Source: Lama guanicoe
Lineage: Eukaryota
DNA length: 64,000 bases
Direction of reading: 5' to 3'
Assembly: GCA_013239625.1 (NCBI GenBank)
Contig: MU053652.1
Location: forward strand, 2,110,001 to 2,174,000
The notes under the pieces were generated by a model. The model was not told where the DNA came from. It did no database searches and worked only from the letters and a program-made list of their open reading frames with translations. How positions within the stretch are numbered: position 1 is the stretch's first letter; each line of letters begins with the position of its first letter. The position numbers were made by a program, and so were the translations under genes. Positions 39,140 to 51,135 of the stretch are shown piece by piece.

Positions 39140-40425
39140 TTATATAAGGGAAGACCGATCCAGTAAGCAAGATAAACAGGCGCCAGATTTCCTACTGTTA
39201 AGAGAAGGACGCTACAAACAAAATGCAAGCAAACTAAAGCTAATCCTGAGGTATTAGATTAGAATTTGGGGTGTCTCTGTGAACTGATGGTTTTTAGTAT
39301 TTAGTTAGATAAATACAGAAATATAAATGCAACTGTATGTATAGACATACATGCACCTATTTCTCCACTCTGCCCACCAAGAGGGCCTGGGAGCAACTCC
39401 AGAACCCATGAGCACACCTAGCCCCCAGATCTTGGTTTCTAAATATCATTCTCCACTGAAAGGGACCAAGGCTTCCCAGAAAATGGGCTGATTCCAGACC
39501 AGGGTAGGGAAAGTACGAGATGAACCTGGAATATATTACTTGACTAAGAGTAAGGAAGTGTTCAAAGAATGGTGGGGACATATGAAAAAGACACCAAAGC
39601 AGCTTGAAGGAATTCCCACCGGGCAACTCAGAGACATGTCAGCATCAAAATGAATAATGATAATAAGGTACAATCCACTGAATAAAATATGAAACCCAGT
39701 ATTTCTCCTGATACAGATGAATGAACAAATTGAAGTTTGATAAGGAATGGGGTATTTTTCTAATCTCAAAGCATCTCCACACACAATTACTTACAAAGGG
39801 GAAAAGAGTAATTAGCCAGGGAGAAGGCTGGTGACACCACCTTCAACAAAAGTAATCCAAGTTCGTATTACCAGGTCTGGGACAAATCAGAATCATGTGC
39901 TGCCTGATAAGGTGCAACAAGAAGACCACAGCATCACTTCCGAGAAACTCCTGCCAAAGATGCACAGTCTGAATCTAATCATGAGGAAACACCAGACCAA
40001 CCCAGCGTGAGGGATATTAATCAAAAGAGTTGGCCTGAAGGCTTCAAAAGTGTCAAGGTCTTGAAAGTTAAGAAAAGACTGGGAATCTGTGCCAGACAGA
40101 AGGGATTCGGGAGACACGACAACAAAATGCAGTATGTGATCCTAGACTGACGTCTTTTTACTGTAAAGACCGTCACTGGGGCAACTGGCAAAACTTGACA
40201 GGGGTCTGAGGGTTAAACGTTAGTAATGAATCCATTCACTTCCTGACTTGGATGACTGTTTTTGGTCACTTAAGAGCGTGTCCTTGTTTGTAGGCTGTAT
40301 AAACTAAAGTATGCATGGGTGACGGGCATCCTGTCAGCAACATACTCTGAAATGGTTCAAGAAGAAGAAAGTTTTTGCACTGTACTAGCAGCTTTTTGAT
40401 ACTAATGGGGATTGTTTCCAATAAA
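39140..40425 (+). mobile_element. Old L1 (L1MC3/4-like) long 3' UTR
   Basis: gagcacacctagcccccagatcttggtttctaaata ... tgaatctaatcatgaggaaaca.cagac ... aaatggttcaagaag. Confidence 0.8.
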
Positions 40426-41079
40426 GCCTTCAGGAAGTTATAGCAATGAGGACAGCAAAAGACTTGGGTCTCCTTCAGCCAGCATTGTCTGGCCACGCTC
40501 TCAGTGAGCTCAGCCGGCTTAAGGACACTGTGTGATTCAGCCTCACGCCACTGGGGTGAGGTCATCATAGCCGTGCCTGCCATTTTAAATGGCCTGAGTG
40601 GGAGAGTGGGCTGAGGGGGGATGGGGGATCGGTGGGTGCTGTGCCCTCCTGGAGCCCCGCATTGATCTGGGGAAGGATCCAGCCACTCAAATCAGGAAGA
40701 TGAAAGTCTCTACCACTGATGTGAGCACTGGGTCCCTGGGCAGGAGAGCAGTGTCCTGGCTTCCGGTCCTGGGTCTGGTCCTCATGGGCACTACTCTCTA
40801 GGGCTCTATCCTGAGAGGCTTTGCCTCCTTTTCATGAGGAAGGCTGGCAAGGCAGGAATGTCTACATCAGAGCATATCCTGGAAAGCGGATGTGCTCCTC
40901 TCAGGGGTCTGACCTCCTTGCATGCCAAGGATGAGAAGCTGCCTTCAGTGTAGACAAGCTCACAGCTGTGCACCAGAGTGTAAACACAGCAAAGACTAAC
41001 TAACTGAGTCACACCCAGGACAGGGTGACCAGGTGGTAAGGGTCCCACAACCGTACCGTGAGGAGAGCAGAGAAGACCC

Positions 41080-41260
41080 AGGCGGGATGGGACATCTGTC
41101 TTTAAATATTTGAGGAGGTGGTCCGTGGGGGAGACTGGATTTATCTCCTCTTGCTCCAGCGGAAGAACCAGAACCCAGGGTAGAGGACGAGAGAAAGTGG
41201 AGTTCAGCTCCACGTGAGGAAGGAACTTTCTAAGACTGGATCTCTCCAGCACAGCCCAGG
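41080..41260 (+). mobile_element. L3/CR1 LINE fragment
   Basis: ctgtctttaaatatttgagg ... gctccag..gaaccagaacc ... ttcagctc.acgtgaggaaggaactttctaa. Confidence 0.6.
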
Positions 41261-41782
41261 GCCACTCGGGGGGCTGGGACCCTGGAGGTGGGCAAGAAGA
41301 CACTGAAAAACCATCTGGGAAGGGAGCTACAACAGTGACCTCATCAATGTCATGACAGTTCCAGGGAAGACCAGATTATCCCACATGGCTCTGACTAGGA
41401 AAAGGAACCAGAGGTTCAGTGAGCAGAGCAAAGACAGACATTCCTGGGCTTTGCTTTGGCCAGGAGGACAGTCCCACCATGCCAGAGCATCTCTCTCTCC
41501 CCAGCCACTCACCTTCTGCCCTCAGACCCCACCTTTTCCAGCATCTAAGGTAAACAGATACAACATAAATCCTAAGAAAGGACTAACACGTCACAGCACC
41601 ACGATGCATTATGTCTACGACTTCACGCCCTCCCAGATGTGTGGCTCCCCCATCACCCCGGTTCAGTCTGGGCCACAGTCCCACCTGTTCCCAAATATCT
41701 CTGGCCTCTCCAAAAGGCACGATGGGCAGCCTGCCTGGTGAGCCTCCTCCTTCCATTACCTGTTTCTCTTCCTTCAACCCTT

Positions 41783-42246
41783 TGAGACAGGCTGGGACCT
41801 GGGACGTGGGCCCTCTGCTGCAGTGCTTGCACCAGGACCGAACAACAGAACACAAAGAAACTATAAAGGAAAAAAACAACTGTGTGCATGCGCAGTTGGG
41901 ATGAGTTATAAGCAATCAGATCCAAAAAGATAAAAAAGCCAGCTGCCACTTCTAAGGTGTCAGAAGCAAAAACAGGGTACTGCACGTGATCCTGCACACA
42001 GCACCACCAAGCGGGTGGGCAGACCATGTAAGCCACTCCTCCAGCGCAACCCCTGGACACGTCCCTACCCTCACCCCATTTAAGGGACCAGCTCGCCCCT
42101 GTCAGAGAGTGAGCAAGGGAACCTGTTACTTGTTTTCACTCCCTCGTGCAGCAGCATGAGTCCCAGTAAAGCCCTGCCTGAATTTCTTGTCCAGCTTCTC
42201 AATAATTTCTATTGATTAAGGAGGCCAAGAACCCTGGTGAGTAACA
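41783..42246 (+). mobile_element. Solo ERV1 LTR (artiodactyl MER41-like)
   Basis: TG...CA termini (tgagacaggctgggacc ... ccaagaaccctggtgagtaaca), a TATA-like catttaag, a polyA-signal-like agtaaa and a MER4/41-group 3' end; 464 bp. Confidence 0.75.
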
Positions 42247-44459
42247 TCCTGACCCACGGTCCCTACATCACACAGGTGAACAAGCCTCAGGCTTCAGGTT
42301 ATAACCCCAAAGTGGGACAGGAGAGCTGTGCTCTTCCTCCAACTTCGCCAAGAGCTGGTGAAGAAGATGAAAGGTCATCAGAGCCCCTGGGAAGAAAGAG
42401 CAGGGGCTGCGAGTTTCCTCAGCATCACGGTTCACCTGGAGACAAAGGTTAGGTCAGCGGGGAGAGTTTTCCACGGGAAAAGCCATCATCCATTGACGAG
42501 TCCGACACACACACACGCGGTACCGTTTCACACCCGCATTCATTGCTCCAGTTGGATTTATTAAAGAAGGAGACGGCGATTTTTAAGAAGGCAGAGGGAG
42601 GGGCTTTTCAGCAGCACCTGGGGACGATGTTCGAGCTTATTGGGTTGTCACGTTGGACACATTATTCCCCAGGGGCCTGAGTGAAGAATTAGACCAGCGA
42701 GATCTTATTTGACATTTGATGTTTCAATTTCTCAAGGAACATTACGCCTGTTGAATTTTCAGCTTGGATGCAATACTGAGCAGACCCAGTGGCCAACCCC
42801 TCCCTTCTCAACACTCCCTCTACGAGTTTAAAGACATTTTTTTCTACTAGTTTTTAAGACATATTTAGACATTTTTTGTTATTCAACGTATACCCCACCC
42901 AGATCCATGGGCACAAATCACTTTTACAAAACCCATGCAATCACTCACATACAGTTAGCAACTTTGTGTCTCCAAGTTTAGCAGCAAAGCTCAAAGTTGA
43001 GAACAAGTGACAGCCAGTCTTTTTTTTTTTTAATTTCTGGAAACTATGCTTAATTTATTTACATGCTATTTCTGCCAGGTTGCATGTTCACGGTACTACT
43101 AACTGATGAGACCTTTCCACGGCCTGATCTGCCCAGTGAATGTGCTGTGGGCAAGGGAGGACAGTACACTGGACGGGCAGGCCCAAGACCTGGCCTCCGC
43201 ACTGGCCCTGCTGCTAACTCACTGGTAACCACTGGAACATCCCCGAGAACTTTCCAGGCTCTATGACCATACCTGTTCTGTATACTTCACAGAGCAATGG
43301 GGAAGAGATAATGAGATTACGGGTAGGAAAGCACTCAGAAAAACAGGAAGTGCTTTAAATCTATAAAGTTAGGCACCACGGAGTTAGTATCAGGTTTAGA
43401 AAATGAGGTCCGAACACAGGGCTGTGAAGCACACAGAGGTCTGGGTCAGGCTCTGGTCTCACTCTTCATTTCACAGGTAGGAAAGTGGGCACCGTTGGGG
43501 TTGCAGCTACTCACTGGACAATGGCAAGATCCCATACGTGAATGCCCACCCAGTGACCACCTAGCCTCTGCCTGATTATCTGCATTGATGCGGAGCTCAC
43601 TTCCTCAAAGGCAGTGCCTTCCACCTCTGAAAGGCTTAGGAGACTTCAGAAACAGGAGGAAGGGGAAGTAATTTCTACAGCCTTTTGTCTACCAACCAAT
43701 TAGCCCTAGTGATACTAAAGATGCCCGATTGGTCGCCTCTGCTCCCATTTCTGCACAGTATTTGGTCAGTGAGGTTGTTCCCTGGGATACTTCTCTCCTC
43801 CCGCCTGTGCGTCCCTATATCCCTGGTTCCTCTGTTCACCCCTCACATCAGTCTCTCTGTCATCCTGGCTACCCTGCAATCAACATGCTCTAATTTGTCC
43901 AGAATTAGCTCCTAGCTGGTCTCTTCGGCGTGGCCACCTTGTCCTTGGCAGCTGACAGCCTGAATATTAAGGACCTCTTCAGGTGCCTTCCATCAGAGCT
44001 GCTACTGTCGGCATCTCTTTATATTTAACAGTAGGCTGAGGGATCAGGTCTAGACAGGTAGACCTCCACATACTCCTAGTCCACTGTTGATGCCTGGCAA
44101 AAAAAATTAAGGCCTTGATACAACCCAGAGGGGCAGACACAGAGCCTGCAGCTTGGCTGGGTGCTGGTCAGGAACCAGCACTACGGCAAGGAAGCACCCT
44201 GCACAGTAGAAGACAGGAAGAGAGACCCGTTGCCATGGTGACTGTAGGGCAGCCTAGACTGCTGCAGCCTGTGAGGAAAAGGCACTAGGAAGGACCACAG
44301 TGAGATGCAGGAATTCACCCACGACCACTACCCAACCCACCAGGGGCATTACCAAGTCAAGCAGCACCTGGGCTGTTTCCCTCATGGTCCAGGAGGAGGA
44401 GGGGGCAGGGCTGACTTTAACCATCCAACAGGAGACGGGGCGGGGGGAGGTCTTTAGGG

Positions 44460-44758
44460 ATGTGCGTGTGCATGTGTGTGTGATGTGTATGTCTCTGTGT
44501 ATCTGTGTGATTTGTGTCTCTACGTGTGTGATAAGTGTGTCTCTGTGCAGTGTATGTATGTGTATCTGTGTATGGCACGTGTGATGTGTGTCTGTGCCTA
44601 ATGCGTATGTCTGTGTGTGATGTGTGTGTCTGTGTGTTGTATGTGATGTGTCTGTGTGATGTATGTGATGTGTCTGTGTCTGAGTGTGTAAAGAGTGTAT
44701 CAGTGTATGACGTGTGTGATGTGTCTGTGTGCAGTGTGCGTGTGTCTGTGTGTGTGAG
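44460..44758. repeat. Complex (TG)n/(TGTGA/TGTC)n low-complexity tandem repeat
   Basis: About 300 bp of degenerate TG repeats, seen directly. Confidence 0.95.
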
Positions 44759-45522
44759 ATGATACACTGAACTGATCCAGCATCAGTGTCCCCTTGGGCA
44801 AAGCCTCCTTCTTTTCAGGCACAAAAGCGACAACAAAACGTGAACTCTCCCCAGCAGCTGGAGGGGGATGACTTGAGGCTGAGTCAGTAGCCCCTCCTCC
44901 TCACCCCGGAGCAGCGTGCCTGCGCCTCCATTAGCACTAATTACATTGTGCTCTAATCATTTGTTTACACGTCTGGCTTCCCTCCTGGAGCAGTTCCAGC
45001 CCAGGGACTGCATCTTACTTTCATGTCCCTGAGTCCCCCCATATGAAGTAGGTGTCCAGTAGGTTTCCAGTAAGTGTTGCCTGACTGAATGACTCTCTGC
45101 CAAGGACAAGGTCAGAGTATCTGAACTTAAAATAGCCGCGTTCAAGATCAAGGCTCGCTCGGGCAGCGCCTGGGTGGCTCTTGTTCCACTGGGGCATGGT
45201 GCTGGGATGCAGCCCTGTTGCCCTGGAGCTCACACCGGGTGAGAGAAGCACGTAGACTGTGGTCCTCCTTCCTCTGTGGCAGGGACACAGCCCCAGAGGC
45301 AGGCACACTGTGTGCTGGTCAGTGACAGCACTGGGAGAGGAGCCCAGAAGACCTTACCACCAGGGCATCCACCAAGAAAGGACTGGTCTTTTTTTTTAAT
45401 GCATATATATAATTTTATTTTGATATTAAATCATACAGATATTATACAAAGAAAAAGAAGTTATAAAATGAGGTCATTTTTTTTCCAAATGGTCATTTTT
45501 ATTGTTTTTATTTTATTTTTTA

Positions 45523-47710
45523 ATTTTTTGTGGGGGTCATTAGACTGTTTTTAATTGAAGTAGAAGTCAGTGACAATGTGTCCATTTCTGGTATGTAGCA
45601 TAATGTCCCAATAATGCATATATATAAATTCATTTTCATATTCTTTTTCATTAAAGATTACTACAAGATATTGAATATAATTCCCTGTGCTATACAGAAG
45701 AAATTTGTTTTTATCTATTTTTATATATAGTGGTTAACATTTGCAAATCTCAAACTCCCAAATTTATCCCTTTCCACTCCCTTTCCACCAGTAACCATAA
45801 GATTGTTTACTATGCCTGCAAGTCTGTTTCTGCTTTGTAGATGAGCTCATTAGTGTCCTCTTTTTTTTAGATTCCGCATATGAGTGATATCATACGGTAT
45901 TTTTATTTCTCTTTCTGGCTTACTTCACTTACAATGACAATCTGCAGGTCCATCCATGTTGCTGCAAATGGCATTTTATTATTTTTAATACTGGGTAGTG
46001 TTCCATTGTATAAACATACCACAATTTCTTTATCCACTCATCTGTCGATGGACATTTAGGTTGCTTCCATGTTTTGGCTATTAGATATAATGCTGCTATG
46101 AACATTGGGGTGCACATATCTTTTCAAATTAGAGTTCCCTCCAGATATATGCCCAGGAGTGGGATTGCTGAATCATTGGGTAAGTCTATCTTCAGTTTTT
46201 TGAGGAATCTCTATACTGTTTTCCATAATGGCTACACCAAACTACATTCCCACGAACAGTGTGGAGGGTTCCCTTTTCTCCACAGCCTCTCCAGCATTTA
46301 CTGTTTGTGGACTTTTTAATGATGGCTATTCTGAATGGTGTGAGGTGATACCTCATTGTAGTTTTGATTTGTATTTCTCTGATAATTAACAATACTGAGC
46401 ATTTTTCTCATGTGCTTATTGGCCACACAGCCTCTCCGCATTTACTGTTTGTGGACTTTTTAATGATGGCTATTCTGAATGGTGTGAGGTGATACCTCAT
46501 TGTAGTTTTGATTTGTATTTCTCTGATAATTAACAATACTGAGCATTTTTCTCATGTGCTTATTGGCCATTTGTATGTCTTCACTGGAGAATTGCCTGTT
46601 TAGGTCTTCTGCTCATTTTTGGATTGGGTTGTTTGGGGGGGTTTTTTGTTGTTATTAAGTTATATGAGTTGTTTATGTATTCTGGAAATTAAACTTTTGT
46701 CAGTTGCATCACTTGCAAATATTTTCTCCCATTCCCTAGGTTGTTGTTTTGTTTTGCTTATGGTTTCCTTTGCTGTGCAAAGCTTATAAGTCTAATTAGG
46801 TTCCATTTGTTTATTTTTGCTTTTACTTCTATTGCCTGGGTAAACTGCCCCAGGAGAACATTGCTAAGATTTATGTCAGAGAATGTTTTGCCTATGTTTT
46901 CTTCTAGGAGGTTTATTGTGTCCTGTCTTGTATTTAAGCCTTCAAGCCACTTTTAGTTTATTTTTGGATATAGTCTAAGGGAGTGTTCTAACTTCACTGA
47001 TTTACATGCAGCTGTTCAGTTTTCCCAATACCACCTGCTGAAGAGACTGTCTTTTCTTCATTGTGTATTCTTGCCTCCTTTGTCAAAGATCAGTTAGTTG
47101 ACCTTAGGTGTGTGGGTTTATTTCTGAGCTCTCTATTCTGTTCCACTAATCCGTATGTCTGTTTTTGAGCCAATACCTTGCTGTTTTGATGACTGTAGTT
47201 CTGTAGTATTGTCTGAAGTCTGGGAGGGTTATTCCTCCAGCTTTGTTCTTTTTCTTCAGTATTGCTTTGGCAATTCTTGGTCTTTTGTGATTCCATATAA
47301 ATTTTAGGATTATTTGTTCTAGTTCTGTGGAAAATGTCATGGGTTATTTGATAGGGATTGCATGAAATCTGTAGATTGCCTTGGGCAGTATGGCCATATG
47401 GCCATTTTTATTGATTCTTCCAATCCAAGAGCATGGGGTATCTTTCCATTTCTTTACTTTAAGTCATTTTTAATTTCCTTAATCAATGTTTTGTAGTTCT
47501 CCATGTAAAGGTCTCTCACCTCCTTGGTCAGATTTATTCCTAAGTATTTTACTGTTTGCAATTTTAAAAGGGATTGTTTCTTTACTCTTTTTCTGATATG
47601 TCATTGTTAGTCTAAAGAAATGCAACTGATTTCCATATATTAATCTTGTATCCTGCTACCTTGCCGAATTCTTTTATCAGCTCTAGTAGATTTTGTGTGG
47701 AGCTTTTAGG
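45523..47710 (-). mobile_element. Young L1 (camelid-type): 3' UTR and ORF2 3' half, sense arm of an inverted insertion
   Basis: ORF2 peptides on the minus strand ([100 protein letters not shown]). Confidence 0.95.
46281..46569. repeat. Tandem duplication, 145 + 144 bp, within L1
   Basis: cacagcctctcc...cttattggcca occurs at 46281-46425 and 46426-46569; the copies differ by a 1-bp indel. Confidence 0.95.
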
Positions 47711-48540
47711 AGTCCACCAAGACTGAATCAAAAAGAAACAGACCACTTGAACAGACCAATCACTAGAAATGAAATAGAATCAGCAATAAAAAACCTCCCT
47801 ACAAACACAAAAGTCCAAAACTAGATGGCTTCACTGGGGAATTCTACCAAACATACAAGGAAGAACACATACTGATCCTTCTCAAGCTCTCCCAAAAGAT
47901 TAAAGAGGAGGGAATACTCCCAAATTCATTCTGTGAAGCCACCATCACCCCCGATAACAAAACCAGACAAAGACACTACCGAAAAAGAAAATTATAGGCC
48001 CGTATCATTGATGAACATAGATGCAAAAATCCTCAATAAAATATTAGCAAACAGAATCCAACAACACATAAAAAAGATCATCCACCATGATCAAGTTGGA
48101 TGCATCCCAGGGACACAAGGATGGTTCAACATATGGAAATCAATCAATGTGATACACCATATCAATAAAAGAAAGGACAAAAAACCACATGATCATCTCA
48201 ATAGATGCAGAAAAAGCATTTGATAAAATTCAACATTCATTTATGATAAAAAAAATTTTTACCACAGTGTGTATAGAGGGAGCAAATCTCAACATAATAA
48301 AAGCTGTTTATAACAAATTCACAGCCAGCATAATACTCAACAGTGAAAAACTGAAAGCCTCCCCATTAAAATCTGGAACAAGACAAGGACACTCACTCTC
48401 ACCATGTCTATTCAAAATAGTTTAGGAGTCCTAGCCAAAGAAATCAGGCAAGAAAAAGAAATAAAAGGGATCCAAATTGGAAGAGAAGAGGTAAAGTTCT
48501 CACTATATGTGGATAACATGATATAATATATAGAAAACCC
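47711..48540 (+). mobile_element. L1 ORF2 reverse-transcriptase segment, inverted 5' arm of the same insertion
   Basis: [69 protein letters not shown]; ends at the YxDD-derived ..YVDNMIIYIENP. Confidence 0.95.
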
Positions 48541-49040
48541 TTAATTTTATTTTTTATTGAAGTATAGTTGATTTATAATGTTAGTTTCAGGTGTACAGCA
48601 AAGCAATTCAGCTATACATATACATACATATATATTTTTTCTTTTAAGATTCTTTTCCATTATATATTACAAGAAACTGAATGTAGTTCCCTGTGCTATA
48701 CAGTAGGTCCCTGTTGTTTATCTATTTTGTATATAGTAGTGTGTATCTTTTAATCCCAAACTCCTAATTTATCCCTCCATTGCCCTGTCCCTTTTGGTAA
48801 CTGTTGTTTATTTCCTATGTCTGTGAATCTGTTTTTGGTTTGTAAACAGAATTTGTCTCATTTTTTTTAATTCCACTTATAAGTGATATCATATGATATT
48901 TGTCTTTCTCTGTCTGACTTACTTCACTTAATATGATAATCCTTAAGTCCATCCATGTTGCTGCAAATGCATTATGCAAATGGCATTGTTTCATTCTTTC
49001 TTATGGCTGAGTAATATTCCAGTGTGTACATACCATATCT
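48541..49040 (-). mobile_element. Older artiodactyl-type L1 3' end
   Basis: ttttttattgaagtatagttgattta ... gttccctgtgctatacagtaggtcc ... gtccatccatgttgctgcaaatg ... ttatggctgagtaatattcc. Confidence 0.9.
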
Positions 49041-49344
49041 AAGGAAGGCCCGGTCTTATTTCATGTTTATTTAGTTGTTCTAACTTACATATAGTCTGCC
49101 CCACTCTTTTTGGTGTACATGTTTACGTGTTTTTGACAAATGCAGAGAATTGCACAATTAAGATACAGAACAATCCCATCACTGGTCTGTTTTGTTTTGT
49201 TAAGTAACCACTCATATTGTATCTGGCCCCTTTTTTATTTCAGTGGAGATGTGTTAACCAAAAACTGAGTCAATTCCTTCCAGTAGCCTAAGCAGATTTG
49301 CCCCTCCTCTGAGCCCTTTTTGATATTTCAAAGCAAAAGAACCT

Positions 49345-49380
49345 TCCCTGGTGGTCTAGTGGTTAGGATTCGGCGATCTC
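49345..49380 (+). pseudogene. Retroposed 5' half of tRNA-Glu(CTC), tailless retropseudogene
   Basis: TCCCTGGTGGTCTAGTGGTTAGGATTCGGCGaTCTC matches nt 1-36 of mammalian tRNA-Glu-CTC at 35/36, ending at the anticodon. Flanked by TCAAAGCAAAAGA at 49328-49340 and 49387-49399. Confidence 0.88.
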
Positions 49381-50107
49381 TCTCTCTCAAAGCAAAAGAG
49401 GGCAACACAGTTGAAAAAGTAAGGTGGGATTTTCACCAGCTTACCCTGGGAACAAGTATTTTCTTCTAGAATCCCCCTTTAATTGGAGGGACACACAAGC
49501 CAAAGAAGGAATTCTGTGAGGACAGACTTTGCCATACACCACTGGTGCACTCCTGAAGAGCTGTACCTAATTCCAATTTTATCAAACAACTTATCAATCT
49601 TTGTTTCTGCGGGTCACCAATCCTTGGCCCCATTTCCCTCATCTTCCCACTACTCATCCACCCCTTGAGTTTCAGATAAGCAGGAAACTGATTTAAAAAA
49701 TCACTTGCAAATAAACTTATCATAGAGAGATTGCTATTATTTAGAAGGGGTCTTTAAAAATATTTTTAAAGGAATAAATATTATCCTAGGAGAAAGAGCA
49801 TATGTGAACATTTTTTTAAAAAACATAACAGGTTGGAATTTGTCCATTCATATTACGTTGCTCTTCGAAGCAGTTCTGTAGGATGTTGCTGACTCCTTCC
49901 AAGTTCACTGCGACCACTCTGAACGCTGTTGGAACTTGGCCTCTGAAATTGCTTTCTGAGTCAGTATCTGAGACAGACAAGAAAACCAGCCCCACTTTTC
50001 AAGTCACATATGCTTTAGTCAAATATATTCCCCATCCCTAATCCTTGAGGGCTGGTCTCCATCAATTGTCATTACCCTGATGTCCAACCTCAAGGTCACA
50101 AATAGAG

Positions 50108-50546
50108 CAGTCAAGCATCATTAATTTGGAATCCCCTATTCTGGAATGAGAAATAATTCAGACGATAAACTTCAGCCATGCAATTGCTCTCTTTGAAGGA
50201 AGGATTTCTTCAGGAAACTAATCGTATATAAAAATCAAAAGGAAACTATTTAAAACTACTTAAGAGAATAATGTCTCAAGTGTTCTCAAGTACACCTTAG
50301 ATGAAAGCAACCTTTACCTAACATATTTGTAGGCTCATTATAAACTGTCTTTATTAATCAGACATCCCTCCATGGACTTATACAGACAGTACTTTTTTTT
50401 TTGACCTATTTCCTATTACTGTCAGCACTGGGGTGTAGTAAAGTTGCACCTATTTAAAATGATCTCATAATTCAGACTTTTTGCAGCATTCCAGCAAATT
50501 TAGACAAATCCTCCTCAAATTAGTCTGAATTAATGAGGTTTGATTG
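50108..50546. mobile_element. Old Tigger-type non-autonomous DNA transposon
   Basis: Imperfect terminal inverted repeats: cagtcaagcatcattaatt at 50108 versus aattaatgaggtttgattg ending at 50546 (16/19 match), followed by TA. Confidence 0.6.
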
Positions 50547-50548
50547 TA

Positions 50549-50628
50549 CTAGATTGAACCACATGAAATCTGCGATATTCAACAATTTTGACCTTTAAAA
50601 ATGGTGAGTTTATATGTTTAATCTAACG
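50549..50628. mobile_element. MADE2-like mariner MITE (about 80 bp palindrome)
   Basis: tagattgaaccacatgaaat ... ttttgacc.ttaaaaatgg..gtttatatgtttaatctaa, with self-complementary ends. Confidence 0.75.
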
Positions 50629-50859
50629 TATTCCTTTTCTAAAAGGGCTCCTTCCCAAGGAACCAAAAGCATTCCACATGTCCATGCTTTCTTCATATAT
50701 TTTAAAAGATACGAACCGGAGAATGGGATTGACTATCCCAGCCCCCAACTCCCTGCCCCTCAGCTCACAAGTTCAGAAACTGGGAGTGTTAATAGAAGGA
50801 AATCATTCAAAACACAACTGCTGCAAACTGGGAAGAAAAAGTACTAAAAAATAAACAGA

Positions 50860-51135
50860 ACCTTCACAGACATAGAAAACTAACTGGGAGGAAAGGGAGA
50901 GTGGAGGGATAAATCAGGAGTTCAGGATTTGTAGATACTAACTACTATATATAGAACAGATAAACAGCAAGGTCCTACTGTATAGCACAGGGGAACTATA
51001 TTCAATCAATATCTTGAAATAACCTATCATGAAAAAGAATCTGAAAAGGAGTATATATGTATAACTGAAACACTATGCCATACACCAGAAATTAATGTAA
51101 CATTGTAAACCGACCATCCATCAATTAAAAACAAA
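50860..51135 (+). mobile_element. L1 3' UTR fragment (artiodactyl-type)
   Basis: cacagacatagaaaac ... gtcctactgtatagcacaggg.aactatattcaat ... tacaccagaaattaa..aacattgtaaa; same family as 34080-34355. Confidence 0.88.

Noticed and set aside
44300..44767. Cys/Val-rich and His/Thr-rich ORFs (also at 19888-20291)
   Set aside because: Translation artefacts of TG/CA simple repeats.
47933..48425. Reverse-transcriptase ORFs as a possible domesticated or novel RT system
   Set aside because: They are frameshifted L1 ORF2 fragments with a mutated catalytic motif (YVDN), part of a dead inverted insertion.
49345..49380. Functional tRNA-Glu gene
   Set aside because: Only the 5' half is present; there is no T-arm/B-box, no acceptor 3' strand and no terminator.
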